Made by a program: the position numbers and the translations under genes. Shown here in pieces: positions 37,372 to 46,780 of a DNA stretch of 64,000 nucleotides (its first letter is position 1; each line of letters begins with the position of its first letter). Under the pieces are notes generated by a model that saw nothing but the letters and a program-made list of their open reading frames with translations, did not search any database and was not told where the DNA came from. Source of the stretch: Acidobacteriota bacterium (GTDB lineage: Bacteria; Acidobacteriota; Terriglobia; Terriglobales; SCQP01); assembly GCA_027314025.1 (NCBI GenBank), contig DAHVCP010000044.1:1684-65683 (forward strand). Direction: 5' to 3'.

Positions 37372-38598
37372 CTACCCGCGGCTGCGCGCCAGCTTCTCGC
37401 CGCTGGCCCGCCCCGCCACCGCGCGCGCCGGACGCTGCTGCCGCCGGTTGCGCCACTCGATGTAGGCCACCATCATCGGGGCTGCCACCGCGATCGAGGA
37501 GTAGGTGCCCACCAAAATACCAAAGGTCATGCAAAAGGAAAAGCCGCGCAACACCGGGCCGCCCAGCGCCAGCAGCGACAGCACCGACAGAAAGGTCAGT
37601 CCTGAAGTTAGCACCGTCCGGCTCAGCGTCTGGTTGATGCTCAAATTCACCAGGTCGGAGAGCTTCTCCCGCCGCAGGATCTTTAAGTTCTCCCGCACCC
37701 GGTCGAAGACCACGATGGTGTCGTTCATCGAATAGCCGACCAGCGTCAGAAACGCGGCGATCACCGTCAGCGAGATCGGCAACTGCACCAGCGCGAACAT
37801 CCCCAGCGTGATCAGCACGTCGTGAAACACCGCCACCACCGCCGCCACGCCGTAAATCCATTCGAAGCGAAAAGCGATGTACACCAGCATCCCAGCCAGC
37901 GCGTACAGCACCGCCAGCACCGCCTGCCGCCGCAGTTGCGAGCCCACCTCGGCGCCAATGATGGAGGCGCTTTGGATGCTGAACCGGCCCACGAAAAACG
38001 CCGGCCGCATCGCCGCCACCAGCGCCGGCGTCACGCCCGGAACCTGCGTCAGCGCCGCGAACGACGGAATCAGCCCGCCCCAGTGGTGATCGCGATACTG
38101 GCTCAAGATCGTCGCCGCCAGCGCCTGGTACCGCGCCTGGCCGTTGCTCGCCGCCGCCCAATGGTTGGGGTCGTTCTGCACCAGCCAGTTGGCCAATTGC
38201 GAGGGGCTGACGTTGTTCAGGTCCAGCTTGCCGCTCTCCGCCGGTCCGGTCTTGTACAAGGCCGCCAGCAGATTGCGCCGGCTCTGCTCCAATTGGCGCT
38301 GGTTCAGCGCCGAAAGGGGCAAGCTGATCAGCACCTCGTCGCTGCCGCTGCCGCCCACCGGCTGGATCACGCCCTGCGTCATGCCCGAGGCGTCCAACGC
38401 CTGCCGGATTTTGCTGATCGGCGCGGCCTGGTCGAACTTGACGTCCACTACGGCGCCGCCGGTAAAGTCGATGCCCATCTTGGGCCCATGGTGAATGGCC
38501 AAGGCGATCATGCCGACCACGAACAGCACCATGGTGAGTGTGAGGAAGTACCATTTCTTCCCAAGAAAATCAATCTTTGTTTCCCGAAACAGTTCCAT
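37372..38598 (-). CDS. secF: Protein translocase subunit SecF with a periplasmic insertion
   Basis: GIDFTGG, HDVLIT, GYSMNDTIVVFDRVREN, GTYSS. Confidence 0.95.
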   Translation of the reverse strand: MELFRETKIDFLGKKWYFLTLTMVLFVVGMIALAIHHGPKMGIDFTGGAVVDVKFDQAAPISKIRQALDASGMTQGVIQPVGGSGSDEVLISLPLSALNQRQLEQSRRNLLAALYKTGPAESGKLDLNNVSPSQLANWLVQNDPNHWAAASNGQARYQALAATILSQYRDHHWGGLIPSFAALTQVPGVTPALVAAMRPAFFVGRFSIQSASIIGAEVGSQLRRQAVLAVLYALAGMLVYIAFRFEWIYGVAAVVAVFHDVLITLGMFALVQLPISLTVIAAFLTLVGYSMNDTIVVFDRVRENLKILRREKLSDLVNLSINQTLSRTVLTSGLTFLSVLSLLALGGPVLRGFSFCMTFGILVGTYSSIAVAAPMMVAYIEWRNRRQQRPARAVAGRASGEKLARSRG

Positions 38599-38738
38599 GC
38601 GAGACGGCCCTTACCCTCCTGCCGGCGCTGCCACTTTCGCCGTCTGTCGGGCAAGCCGGCCCACACCGGTCCCGCTCGACTGTATAGACTCCACGGCGGG
38701 CCGAAATGTTCCCGCCCCTCGATCGGCGTTGGATCGCA

Positions 38739-40349
38739 TTACACGCTCAATTCCGCGCCGCGCGGCATGCGCTGCAACACATAGTCGAAAATGACCCGTG
38801 ACACGAACACCGCGGTAAAGAGATTGGCCAGCAAACCGACGCTGAGGGTGATGGCGAAGCCCTTGATCGCCGCCGTGCCAAATAAGAACAGGATCACCGC
38901 CGAGACGATGGTCGTCACGTGGGTGTCCAAAATCGTCACGAACGCCTGCCGGAAGCCGATATCCACCGCCGCGGGCACGCTCTTCCCATGCCGCAGTTCT
39001 TCGCGTATGCGCTCGAAGATCAGCACGTTGGCGTCCACCGCCATGCCGATGGTCAAAATGATGCCGGCAATGCCCGGCAGCGTGAGCGTGGCCGAAACCC
39101 AGGCCATGTAGGCCATCAGAATGATCAGGTTCAGCACCAAGGCCAGCACCGCGTTGATGCCCGCGCCGCGGTAATAGATGAGCATGGCGAAAGCGACCAC
39201 CAGAAAGCCGGTGATGGCGGCGATGACGCCATCATGAATCGAATCCGCCCCCAGCGACGGCCCCACGGTTTCTTCTTCCAGATAGCTAAACGAAGCCGGC
39301 AGCGCGCCGGAGCGCAGAATCAGCGCTAGGTCGTGCGCCGACCGGGCGGTGAAGTTGCCCGTGATCCGCCCCTGCGAGCCGATGGCGGCGTCTATGGTCG
39401 CCGCTTCCGCCACGCGTCCGTTCAGCAGCACCGCCAGTTGCTTGCCGATGTTGGCGCCGGTAAAGGCGCGGAAGCGCTGCCCGGCGGCTTGCGTCAGGGT
39501 GAAATCCACCTCCATCTGCCCGCCGGCGCCCAGGTTCGGCTGGGCGTCGCGCAGTTCGGTGCCGTTCACCACGCCGGTGCTGTCCAGCAGATACCATTGC
39601 TCGCCGCTGCCCTGCCCTTCCACGTTGGAGCCCTTCACCAGTTCGCTGTTGGCCGGCAGCACGCCGTCATATTGCGACAGCGCCTGGGCCTGGCTGGCGA
39701 ACGGCCCGCCCTTGACCAAGTGGATCGAGAGCTGCCCGGACTCCTGCATCACCTGCTTGACGTGCGCCGGGTCGCTGATACCGGGCAGCTGCACCAGAAT
39801 CTGATCGGCCCCCAGCCCGTGCTGCTGCACCGTCGGCTCGGTCACGCCCAGCTGGTTGATGCGGTTGCCGATGGTCTCGATTTCCTGCGTCAGCGCCCGC
39901 GATTCCACCGCCTGCACCGCCAGCGGCTGCATCACCACCTGATAGTTGCCGCCGGGCAGCGTGTTGAGCTGGTAATCCGAGCCCAGATCGTTCTGCACGA
40001 TATTGCTCAGGTCGCCGGCCCGCGCCTCGGGCACGCCCTGCACCAAAATCGTCTCCGGATGCTGCTTGCCGCCGGGCTTGCTGACCGTCGCCGGAATACC
40101 CGCCTTGTTCAGCGCCGTTTGCAGCTGCGCCATCGCCGCGTCGGTCTGGGCGTTCACCGCGTCCTTGACGTGCACTTGCAGGATCATGTGCGTCCCGCCC
40201 TGCAAATCCAGGCCCAGGTGAATGCGGGAGATGGTGGACTGCTCGATCGCCCGCCAGCTCAGGCCCTTTGGAAAGCCAGTGATGCCCAAGATGCAGGCCA
40301 CCACCACGACGATAATGAACAGCGTTTTCCAGCGCAGATTGCGTTGCAT
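38739..40349 (-). CDS. secD: Protein translocase subunit SecD
   Basis: LGLDLQGG, LRSGALP, VGPSLG, GMAVDANVLIFERIREE. Confidence 0.96.
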   Translation of the reverse strand: MQRNLRWKTLFIIVVVVACILGITGFPKGLSWRAIEQSTISRIHLGLDLQGGTHMILQVHVKDAVNAQTDAAMAQLQTALNKAGIPATVSKPGGKQHPETILVQGVPEARAGDLSNIVQNDLGSDYQLNTLPGGNYQVVMQPLAVQAVESRALTQEIETIGNRINQLGVTEPTVQQHGLGADQILVQLPGISDPAHVKQVMQESGQLSIHLVKGGPFASQAQALSQYDGVLPANSELVKGSNVEGQGSGEQWYLLDSTGVVNGTELRDAQPNLGAGGQMEVDFTLTQAAGQRFRAFTGANIGKQLAVLLNGRVAEAATIDAAIGSQGRITGNFTARSAHDLALILRSGALPASFSYLEEETVGPSLGADSIHDGVIAAITGFLVVAFAMLIYYRGAGINAVLALVLNLIILMAYMAWVSATLTLPGIAGIILTIGMAVDANVLIFERIREELRHGKSVPAAVDIGFRQAFVTILDTHVTTIVSAVILFLFGTAAIKGFAITLSVGLLANLFTAVFVSRVIFDYVLQRMPRGAELSV

Positions 40350-40391
40350 GCGGATGGTTCCAAACGCGGGCGGCGCCGCCGCGGCGCGCTC

Positions 40392-40769
40392 CTAGGTTTT
40401 CGCCTCGTCGGCGGCGGCGCCTTCCGGCTCGACCTGCGCCACCGCGCTGCGCAGCACCTCCAGCTTGAGCTGATCCGGGGGCACGCGCAGATGAATGAAG
40501 TTGTCCCGCACGCTGACCACCGTGCCGTGAATGCCGCCGGTAGTGATCACCCGGTCGCCGGCTTTCAGCGCCTGGTGCATCTGGCGGATTTTCTTTTGCC
40601 GGCGCTGGGTGGGGAGGATGAGCAGGAAATAGAAGATCGCGAAGACCGCGACGATCATCAGCAGCCCCACCGAATTGCCTTCGGCGGCGCTGGGCGCGGC
40701 GAACAAGACACTAGACAAAGAGGGCAACAAGGTACAACTCCCGTAATCTGGCACGGAGCCTAGCGCCAC
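40392..40769 (-). CDS. yajC: Preprotein translocase subunit YajC
   Basis: FYFLLILPTQRRQK, GDRVITTGGIHG; start uncertain. Confidence 0.9.
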   Translation of the reverse strand: MALGSVPDYGSCTLLPSLSSVLFAAPSAAEGNSVGLLMIVAVFAIFYFLLILPTQRRQKKIRQMHQALKAGDRVITTGGIHGTVVSVRDNFIHLRVPPDQLKLEVLRSAVAQVEPEGAAADEAKT

Positions 40770-40819
40770 CGCCTGCTGGATCCGGCGGCGCGTCGGCGGC
40801 CGGCTTCCGCTCTCCTTGC

Positions 40820-41989
40820 TTAGGTGGATTCCGGCGGCGTGGCGCGGCCCGCGGGGCGATGGGGACTCGCGCCCCCAAGCTCCACAGCATGACGGAGTTG
40901 CCGCATCCTGTCAAGATAATGGAACAGGTTGTGCTCAGTATTCAGCATCGCCGCCAGCACTTCCCCGCTCTGGTATAAATGCCGCAGGTACGCGCGGCTG
41001 AAACGGCGGCAAACGCGGCAGCCACATGCCGCGTCCAGCGGGCCGGGGTCGCGGGCATAGCGGGCGTTCTTGATGGCGATTTTGCCCGCCGAGGTGAACA
41101 GCACGCCGTTGCGGGCGTTGCGCGTGGGCAGCACGCAGTCGAATAAATCCACGCCCATTCGCACGTACCGCTCCAAATCCTCCGGCGTGCCCACGCCCAT
41201 CAAGTACCGCGGCTTGTCCTCCGGCAGCCGCGGCGCCGTCGCCCCCACCACGGCGGAAGCGGTCTCCACCGGCTCGCCCACCGACACCCCGCCGATGGCG
41301 TAGCCCGGCAGATCCAGCGCCGTCAGCCGCTCGGCGCACTCGGCGCGCAGGTCCAGGTGGGCGCCGCCTTGCACGATGCCGAACAGCGCCTGGGAAAACG
41401 GCTCGGCCTTACCCCGCCGCACCGCCGCGCCCCGCTCGGCCCCCTCCCATTCCCGCCGGCAGCGCTCCGCCCAGCGCAGCGTCCGTTCCATCGCCTGCCG
41501 CGCCTCCGCCGCCTCCGCCGCCGCCGGATAGCCCAGGCACTGGTCGAAGGCCATGATAATGTCCGCCCCCAACTGCATCTGCGCCGCCGTCGCCACCTCG
41601 GGCGTAAAGCGGTGCGCCGCGCCGTCCAGGTGCGAGCGGAACCGTACCCCGTCGTCGTCCACCATCGCCAGCGCCGCCAGGCTGAAAACCTGAAAGCCGC
41701 CGCTGTCGGTCAGCATCGGCCGCCGCCAGGTGGTGAAGCCATGCAGCCCGCCCAGCTCCGCCACCGTCGCCGTGCCGGGGCGCAGATAGAGATGATAGGT
41801 GTTTGCCAGGATGATCTCCGCCCCCAGCGCCTCCAGCGCCTCCGGCCCGATCGCCTTCACCGTCGCCCGCGTCCCCACCGGCATGAACGCCGGCGTCTCG
41901 ATGACCCCGTGCGGCGTGTGCAGCCGCCCGCGCCGCGCCTGGCTGCGCGCATCCCGCGCCAGCACCTCGAACTGGAATCCCGCCATCAC
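40820..41989 (-). CDS. tgt: Queuine tRNA-ribosyltransferase
   Basis: TPAFMPVGT, ANTYHL, DSGGFQVFSL, GIVQGG, CGCRVC, HNL. Confidence 0.96.
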   Translation of the reverse strand: MMAGFQFEVLARDARSQARRGRLHTPHGVIETPAFMPVGTRATVKAIGPEALEALGAEIILANTYHLYLRPGTATVAELGGLHGFTTWRRPMLTDSGGFQVFSLAALAMVDDDGVRFRSHLDGAAHRFTPEVATAAQMQLGADIIMAFDQCLGYPAAAEAAEARQAMERTLRWAERCRREWEGAERGAAVRRGKAEPFSQALFGIVQGGAHLDLRAECAERLTALDLPGYAIGGVSVGEPVETASAVVGATAPRLPEDKPRYLMGVGTPEDLERYVRMGVDLFDCVLPTRNARNGVLFTSAGKIAIKNARYARDPGPLDAACGCRVCRRFSRAYLRHLYQSGEVLAAMLNTEHNLFHYLDRMRQLRHAVELGGASPHRPAGRATPPEST

Positions 41990-42152
41990 CCTGCGAGAAT
42001 AGCAAGCCGCCGCCGCGCTTACCCTAGCGGCCCGCAGGCGCCGGGGCGCGCCCGTTGCAGGGCCGCCGGCGCGGGGATACCCGGGGCGGAACGGCTGCTC
42101 AGCGCACTTTCTTCTAGGATGCCGCCGCCAGCGGGCGGGAACACAAGCGGGC

Positions 42153-42575
42153 CTAGTTGCTCGCCGACTCTTTCTTGATGAGGTTCATGATCTTCGAGCC
42201 CTTGGTCACGGGCTCGATCAAGATGATCTGGCTGGCGTTCAGTACGGTGCGGTCGGGCGCATCCCATTCCTTGCCGCGCTTGATCAGCACCGGCGCCGAC
42301 GTCTTCGTCCTGGGGTTGACGACGGTCTGCACGTAATACACGTCCGTCAGCACCGGAAACGGCGTGCCCAAGCCGTGCAGCTTGCCGAACAACACCATGC
42401 CGTCGCTCATCAGCACGGCGCGGTAGGCGGTCTCGGTCGCCTTGCGCCCGAAGGCGGGAAGGCCGCCGGCACGCGCCGCCGTCCGGCCCGGCCCCGAGCC
42501 GCGCACAATGCCGCATCCGGCCAACCCCAGCGCCAGTCCGCCGGCCAGCCAAGCGCTTTGCTTCATGGCGCCCAT
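42153..42575 (-). CDS. Hypothetical lipoprotein
   Basis: Lipobox LAGC; YRAVLMSDG.VLFGKL, LTDVYY, LIKRGKEW. Confidence 0.65.
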   Translation of the reverse strand: MGAMKQSAWLAGGLALGLAGCGIVRGSGPGRTAARAGGLPAFGRKATETAYRAVLMSDGMVLFGKLHGLGTPFPVLTDVYYVQTVVNPRTKTSAPVLIKRGKEWDAPDRTVLNASQIILIEPVTKGSKIMNLIKKESASN

Positions 42576-42582
42576 GTTGCCT

Positions 42583-44046
42583 TCAAACGCACTGGCTCGC
42601 GCGGCGACCGCCGTTCCGCCGCCGCGACCATAGGCCGGCCATCAGCAGCAGCAACCCCGCCGCCAGCAGCAGCAGAGTGCGCGGTTCGGGCGCCCCGACG
42701 GTACCCGCGTAAATGGTAAAGGTGTTGCCCTGAAAGGTGTTCCAGCCCCCGAGATTGTAACTGTAATCCGGCAGGTAGGCCGTTGGCCCCAGGCCGGTCG
42801 TGAACGTCTTGTTCACGAGGTTCCCGGTGGAGATCGGCCCCAGCCCGACGCTGAGGGCGCTAACGTTCAGGCTGACATCCGCGGAAAAACCGGTCTGGTT
42901 TATGAACGGCGACAACATCGAGTACGTCGGCGTCACCTCAACCGCGCTGTACCCGTTCGGGATCGTCACCGAAAAAGGCGTGCCCACGTCCACAGGCCCG
43001 TTGAGCACGTTGGAGTTCTGGCCGTTGTCGCCAATGAAGACGAGATTGTAGGCCACCTGGGGCGTCGGCGTGAGGTAGAAATTCTGCACCGTGCCGAGGC
43101 CCCCTCCAAGGTTGAGGCTGAAGATGTTGTAGCTCAAGGTGGTGCCCCCCACCCCGACCTGGCCGGCCAAGGCGGGAAGACCGATGATCGCAGCGACGGC
43201 GTTGCTCAAATTTGCGCTGACATTCAAAAGGGGATCAATCGGCACGGTGGACGTGACTGATGTGCTGCTGAGCGTCAGGGGCGTCGCCACCGACTGGCTC
43301 GAGCTGGTCACCTCGCTGTTTGTCGGAATAAACGGCGTTCCCACCGTAATCGAGCCTATGTTGGCCCCATCCGCGGGATCGGTCACCGGAATAGTTTTGT
43401 TCCCGGTAAGATTCGTGCTTATCACCTTGATCTGCTGAGGGGGGCTAGGGGTGCTTAACGTCGGTCCGACCGTCCCGGTGCAGGTTACAACGCATGCCTG
43501 CGCCGTCACGCCGCCGGAGAGGTCGCCATAGACGCTGGTCTGCAAGTTCACCCCCGGCGAAAAGGTGCTCAGCGAGGCCCCGGGCTGAAACGTCCCGGAG
43601 GAGGTGATGTTGAAGGCGCTGCCCGCCGCGGCGCTGCTGGGAAATCCCAGGGTAACGTCAACCGGCACCTGCGCGGTCACCGCGCCGGCGGAAAGCGTCA
43701 CGGAAGAGTTCACGCCGATGTACCCGTTTAGGTCGGCGTTGACGGCATAGCCGTAGGTTCCAGTGCTGTAGCAGCTGCTGAAAAAGCAGATACTCGTGTT
43801 CGCTTCATTGTTGACGGAATAATTGGTGTCGAACGGATTGTCTTGGTTGCTGACGTTGAATAGCGGCTGGGTAACGCCGTTGGTCACGCCCGGCTGCCAC
43901 ATGCTCTGGTCCGTCGTCGCGAAATTCATGACGCCGGTGTTCACGCCGGTCAGCGGACCGGCCCAACCGGCAGTCACGGTGGCGATCAAGGTGAGCCCCA
44001 GCATAGGAAGAAATCGCGTCCAGGTGCGCCGTTTGGATCGGGTCAT
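42583..44046 (-). CDS. PEP-CTERM sorting domain surface protein
   Basis: Signal peptide; Thr/Ser/Gly/Asn-rich body; C-terminal APEPRTLLLLAAGLLLLMAGLWSRRR. Confidence 0.85.
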   Translation of the reverse strand: MTRSKRRTWTRFLPMLGLTLIATVTAGWAGPLTGVNTGVMNFATTDQSMWQPGVTNGVTQPLFNVSNQDNPFDTNYSVNNEANTSICFFSSCYSTGTYGYAVNADLNGYIGVNSSVTLSAGAVTAQVPVDVTLGFPSSAAAGSAFNITSSGTFQPGASLSTFSPGVNLQTSVYGDLSGGVTAQACVVTCTGTVGPTLSTPSPPQQIKVISTNLTGNKTIPVTDPADGANIGSITVGTPFIPTNSEVTSSSQSVATPLTLSSTSVTSTVPIDPLLNVSANLSNAVAAIIGLPALAGQVGVGGTTLSYNIFSLNLGGGLGTVQNFYLTPTPQVAYNLVFIGDNGQNSNVLNGPVDVGTPFSVTIPNGYSAVEVTPTYSMLSPFINQTGFSADVSLNVSALSVGLGPISTGNLVNKTFTTGLGPTAYLPDYSYNLGGWNTFQGNTFTIYAGTVGAPEPRTLLLLAAGLLLLMAGLWSRRRNGGRRASQCV

Positions 44047-44259
44047 CTCCAACTCCTCGGGATCAAGCTGAATTTCGCCCCAGAGTATATACGCAGCGCC
44101 GCTCCCCGGTGCTGTCTCCGGCGTTAAATGAAGCTCCAGGCGCAGATGGTTGACAGGAGCCCATTTGCACCGCACAATCACGCGGGAGCCGGCGCCCGAC
44201 CGGCGCCCGTTGCGGCGGTGCTATAGTTTCTGCCCATAACGAGTGTCGGAAAGCCCCGC

Positions 44260-44622
44260 ATGTCTGGACCGGCCCATTACTGTTTCAGCGTCTTCGAGGC
44301 CTGCGCCGAAACCGGTGAGTTGCGCCGGCAAGGCCTGCGCGTCAAGCTGCACTCCAAGCCGTTCACGGCGCTGCTGGCGCTGCTGGAGCGGCCGGGGGCG
44401 ATCATCACCCGGCAGGAGCTGCAACAGCGCCTTTGGCCGGACCATTCCTTTGTGGATTACGACAACAGCCTAAACAACGTGATCGGCCGGCTGCGGCAGG
44501 CGCTGCGCGACTCGCCCTACGCGCCGCGTTTCGTTGAGACCGTACCCCACCGTGGCTATCGCTTCCTCGCGCCGGTCAGGGCGCAAACCGGCGCCGCAGC
44601 GGCGGCCGGGGCGGCGCGCTGA
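44260..44622 (+). CDS. OmpR/CadC-type winged-helix DNA-binding protein (stand-alone or truncated)
   Basis: GELRRQG.RVKL, LLERPG.IITR.EL..RLW, LRQALRDS...PRFVETVPHRGYRF. Confidence 0.8.
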   Translation: MSGPAHYCFSVFEACAETGELRRQGLRVKLHSKPFTALLALLERPGAIITRQELQQRLWPDHSFVDYDNSLNNVIGRLRQALRDSPYAPRFVETVPHRGYRFLAPVRAQTGAAAAAGAAR

Positions 44623-44768
44623 ACCGGGTCCTGCGGCGGCGGCGGGCGCATGCTGTGATTCCCACACCCGGGCGTAGTACTCTCTTTGTGCGGAGTCGGG
44701 CACCGGTCACAAGGACCGGCCATGACACCCGCCGTCCGCGGGAACGAAACAATCGGAGGGGCATAGCC

Positions 44769-45869
44769 ATGCCACGTGGGTTCAGGTCCAAGACATTTCT
44801 CGGCGGGATGATTCTTGCCGGCATTTCGATGGCCGGCCTCGCCGCCTGTTCCAGCACGAAAACCGCGGCCACGCCCGCGCCGGCCCATTCCCTCACCGCA
44901 AGCACCGCGGGCCCGTCCGGGTATCACCTGCTCAAGACGATTCCCATACCTGGCAACAGCTTCTGGGACTATCTGACCTTCGAGCAGGGCACCAACCGCC
45001 TGTTCATCACCCACGGCAATGAGGTCGTCGTGGTCAACGTGGCCACCGATAAAATCATCGGCACCATCGGCGGCATGACGGCGATTCATGGCGTCGTCTT
45101 CGCGCCGGAGTTCAACCGCGGGTTCGTCACCGATGGCGGCGCGGCCAAGCTGCGCATCTTCAATCTCAAAACCCTGAAGCTGATCGGCTCCGCGCCGACC
45201 GATCCCGATTCCGACGGCGACGTCTACGATCCGTATTCCCAGCGCGTCTTCACCTTCAACGGCCGTTCCCACACCTCGACCGTGGTGGACGCCAAGACGG
45301 GCAAGGTGGTGGGCCGCATCCAGCTGGGCGGCGACCCGGAATTCCCCGTCACCGACGGCCAAGGCCACGTCTACGACAACATCACCTCGCTCAGCCAAGT
45401 CATCGAAATCAACCCGCGCACCCTGAAGATCACGCACCGCTGGCCGCTGGCCCCGGGCCAGCATCCCAGCGGCCTGGCGATTGACGCCAAGCACCACATC
45501 CTGTTTTCCGGCTGCCACAACGGCATGATGGTCATCATGAACGCCGACACCGGCAAGGTGATCACCACCGAACCGATCGGCCGGGGCGTGGACGCGGTGC
45601 GCTTTGACCCGGGCACCGGCTATGCCTTCGCTTCCAACGGGCAGAGCGCGGATCTGACGGTGATCCACGAGGATTCGCCGACGCAATTCCACGTCGTCGA
45701 GAACGTGAAGACCGAACGGGGGGCGCGGACGATGGCGCTGGATTTGGCCAACCACGAGGTGTTCCTGGTCACCGCGAAAATCACCCGGTTGGCGCATGTG
45801 CCGCCCCATGTCCCCTTCTATCGCCGCTTTCGCGTCAGCGACTTCCATCTGCTGATCTACGGCCGCTAG
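44769..45869 (+). CDS. YncE-family beta-propeller lipoprotein
   Basis: Lipobox LAAC; WDYLTF, IHGV, repeated DAKTGK/ADTGK, GARTMALD. Confidence 0.85.
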   Translation: MPRGFRSKTFLGGMILAGISMAGLAACSSTKTAATPAPAHSLTASTAGPSGYHLLKTIPIPGNSFWDYLTFEQGTNRLFITHGNEVVVVNVATDKIIGTIGGMTAIHGVVFAPEFNRGFVTDGGAAKLRIFNLKTLKLIGSAPTDPDSDGDVYDPYSQRVFTFNGRSHTSTVVDAKTGKVVGRIQLGGDPEFPVTDGQGHVYDNITSLSQVIEINPRTLKITHRWPLAPGQHPSGLAIDAKHHILFSGCHNGMMVIMNADTGKVITTEPIGRGVDAVRFDPGTGYAFASNGQSADLTVIHEDSPTQFHVVENVKTERGARTMALDLANHEVFLVTAKITRLAHVPPHVPFYRRFRVSDFHLLIYGR

Positions 45870-45936
45870 GCGGGAGCGATTGCCGGGCGCCGCAGCCGCG
45901 CGGGACGCCCCGCGCCGGGCAAGGATACACTCGGGT

Positions 45937-46578
45937 ATGCCATCGCCCACGTCCCGCACGCAACTTCGCCGCTATCCGGTCCGCGGCAACCATGACCGGG
46001 ACGTGGTCAACGCCATCCTGGACGAGGGCATGGTCTGCCATGTCGGCTTCGTGGCCGACGGACAGCCCTACGTCATTCCCACCGGCTATGGGCGCAGCGG
46101 CGACCGGCTCTTTCTGCACGGCTCCGCCGCCAGCCGCATGCTGCTGCACCTGGGCGGCGGGCTGCCGGTTTGCGTCACCGTCACGCTGGTGGACGGATTG
46201 GTCTTGGCCCGCTCCAGCTTTCACAATTCAATGAACTACCGCTCGGCGGTGATTTTGGGCGTGGCGCATGCCGTTGCTGAACCCGGCACTAAGCTTGCCG
46301 CGCTGCGCGTGATCAGCGAGCACCTCGCGCCTGGACGCTGGGAAGCCGAGCGGGAGCCCAGCGCGCAGGAGATGGCCGGAACGCTGGTGTTGGAGCTGCC
46401 CATCGCCGAATTTTCGGTGAAGCGTCGCAGCGGCCCGCCCCTCGACGATCCTGCCGACCGCGATCGCCCCATCTGGGCGGGTGTCGTGCCGGTGGCGCTG
46501 CAGCCTGGCGCGCCCGTGGCCGATGAGCGCACGCCGCCCGGCCTCCAACCCTGGACCTGGCCCGCGCGCCGTGGCTAG
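45937..46578 (+). CDS. Pyridoxamine 5'-phosphate oxidase-family flavin-binding protein
   Basis: ILDEGMVCHVGF, LHGSAASRM, DGLVLARSSFHNSMNYRS, WAGVVP. Confidence 0.88.
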   Translation: MPSPTSRTQLRRYPVRGNHDRDVVNAILDEGMVCHVGFVADGQPYVIPTGYGRSGDRLFLHGSAASRMLLHLGGGLPVCVTVTLVDGLVLARSSFHNSMNYRSAVILGVAHAVAEPGTKLAALRVISEHLAPGRWEAEREPSAQEMAGTLVLELPIAEFSVKRRSGPPLDDPADRDRPIWAGVVPVALQPGAPVADERTPPGLQPWTWPARRG

Positions 46579-46780
46579 CCACGCGCGGACCAGGCGTTGG
46601 CGGGACGCCTCCGGAATGCCGGGGCGAACCTTGGGAGGGCGGACAGGCAAAGGCGGGGAGTGCCAGGCTGGGCGCCTGCGCGGGCCGCTGGGCGGCCGGA
46701 TGGGTGTACATTGCACTCGTTTGCCAATTTCGGCGCGGCCGCGTCCGGGCGCGCCCATTCCCAACCGAAAGAGTTCTGCC

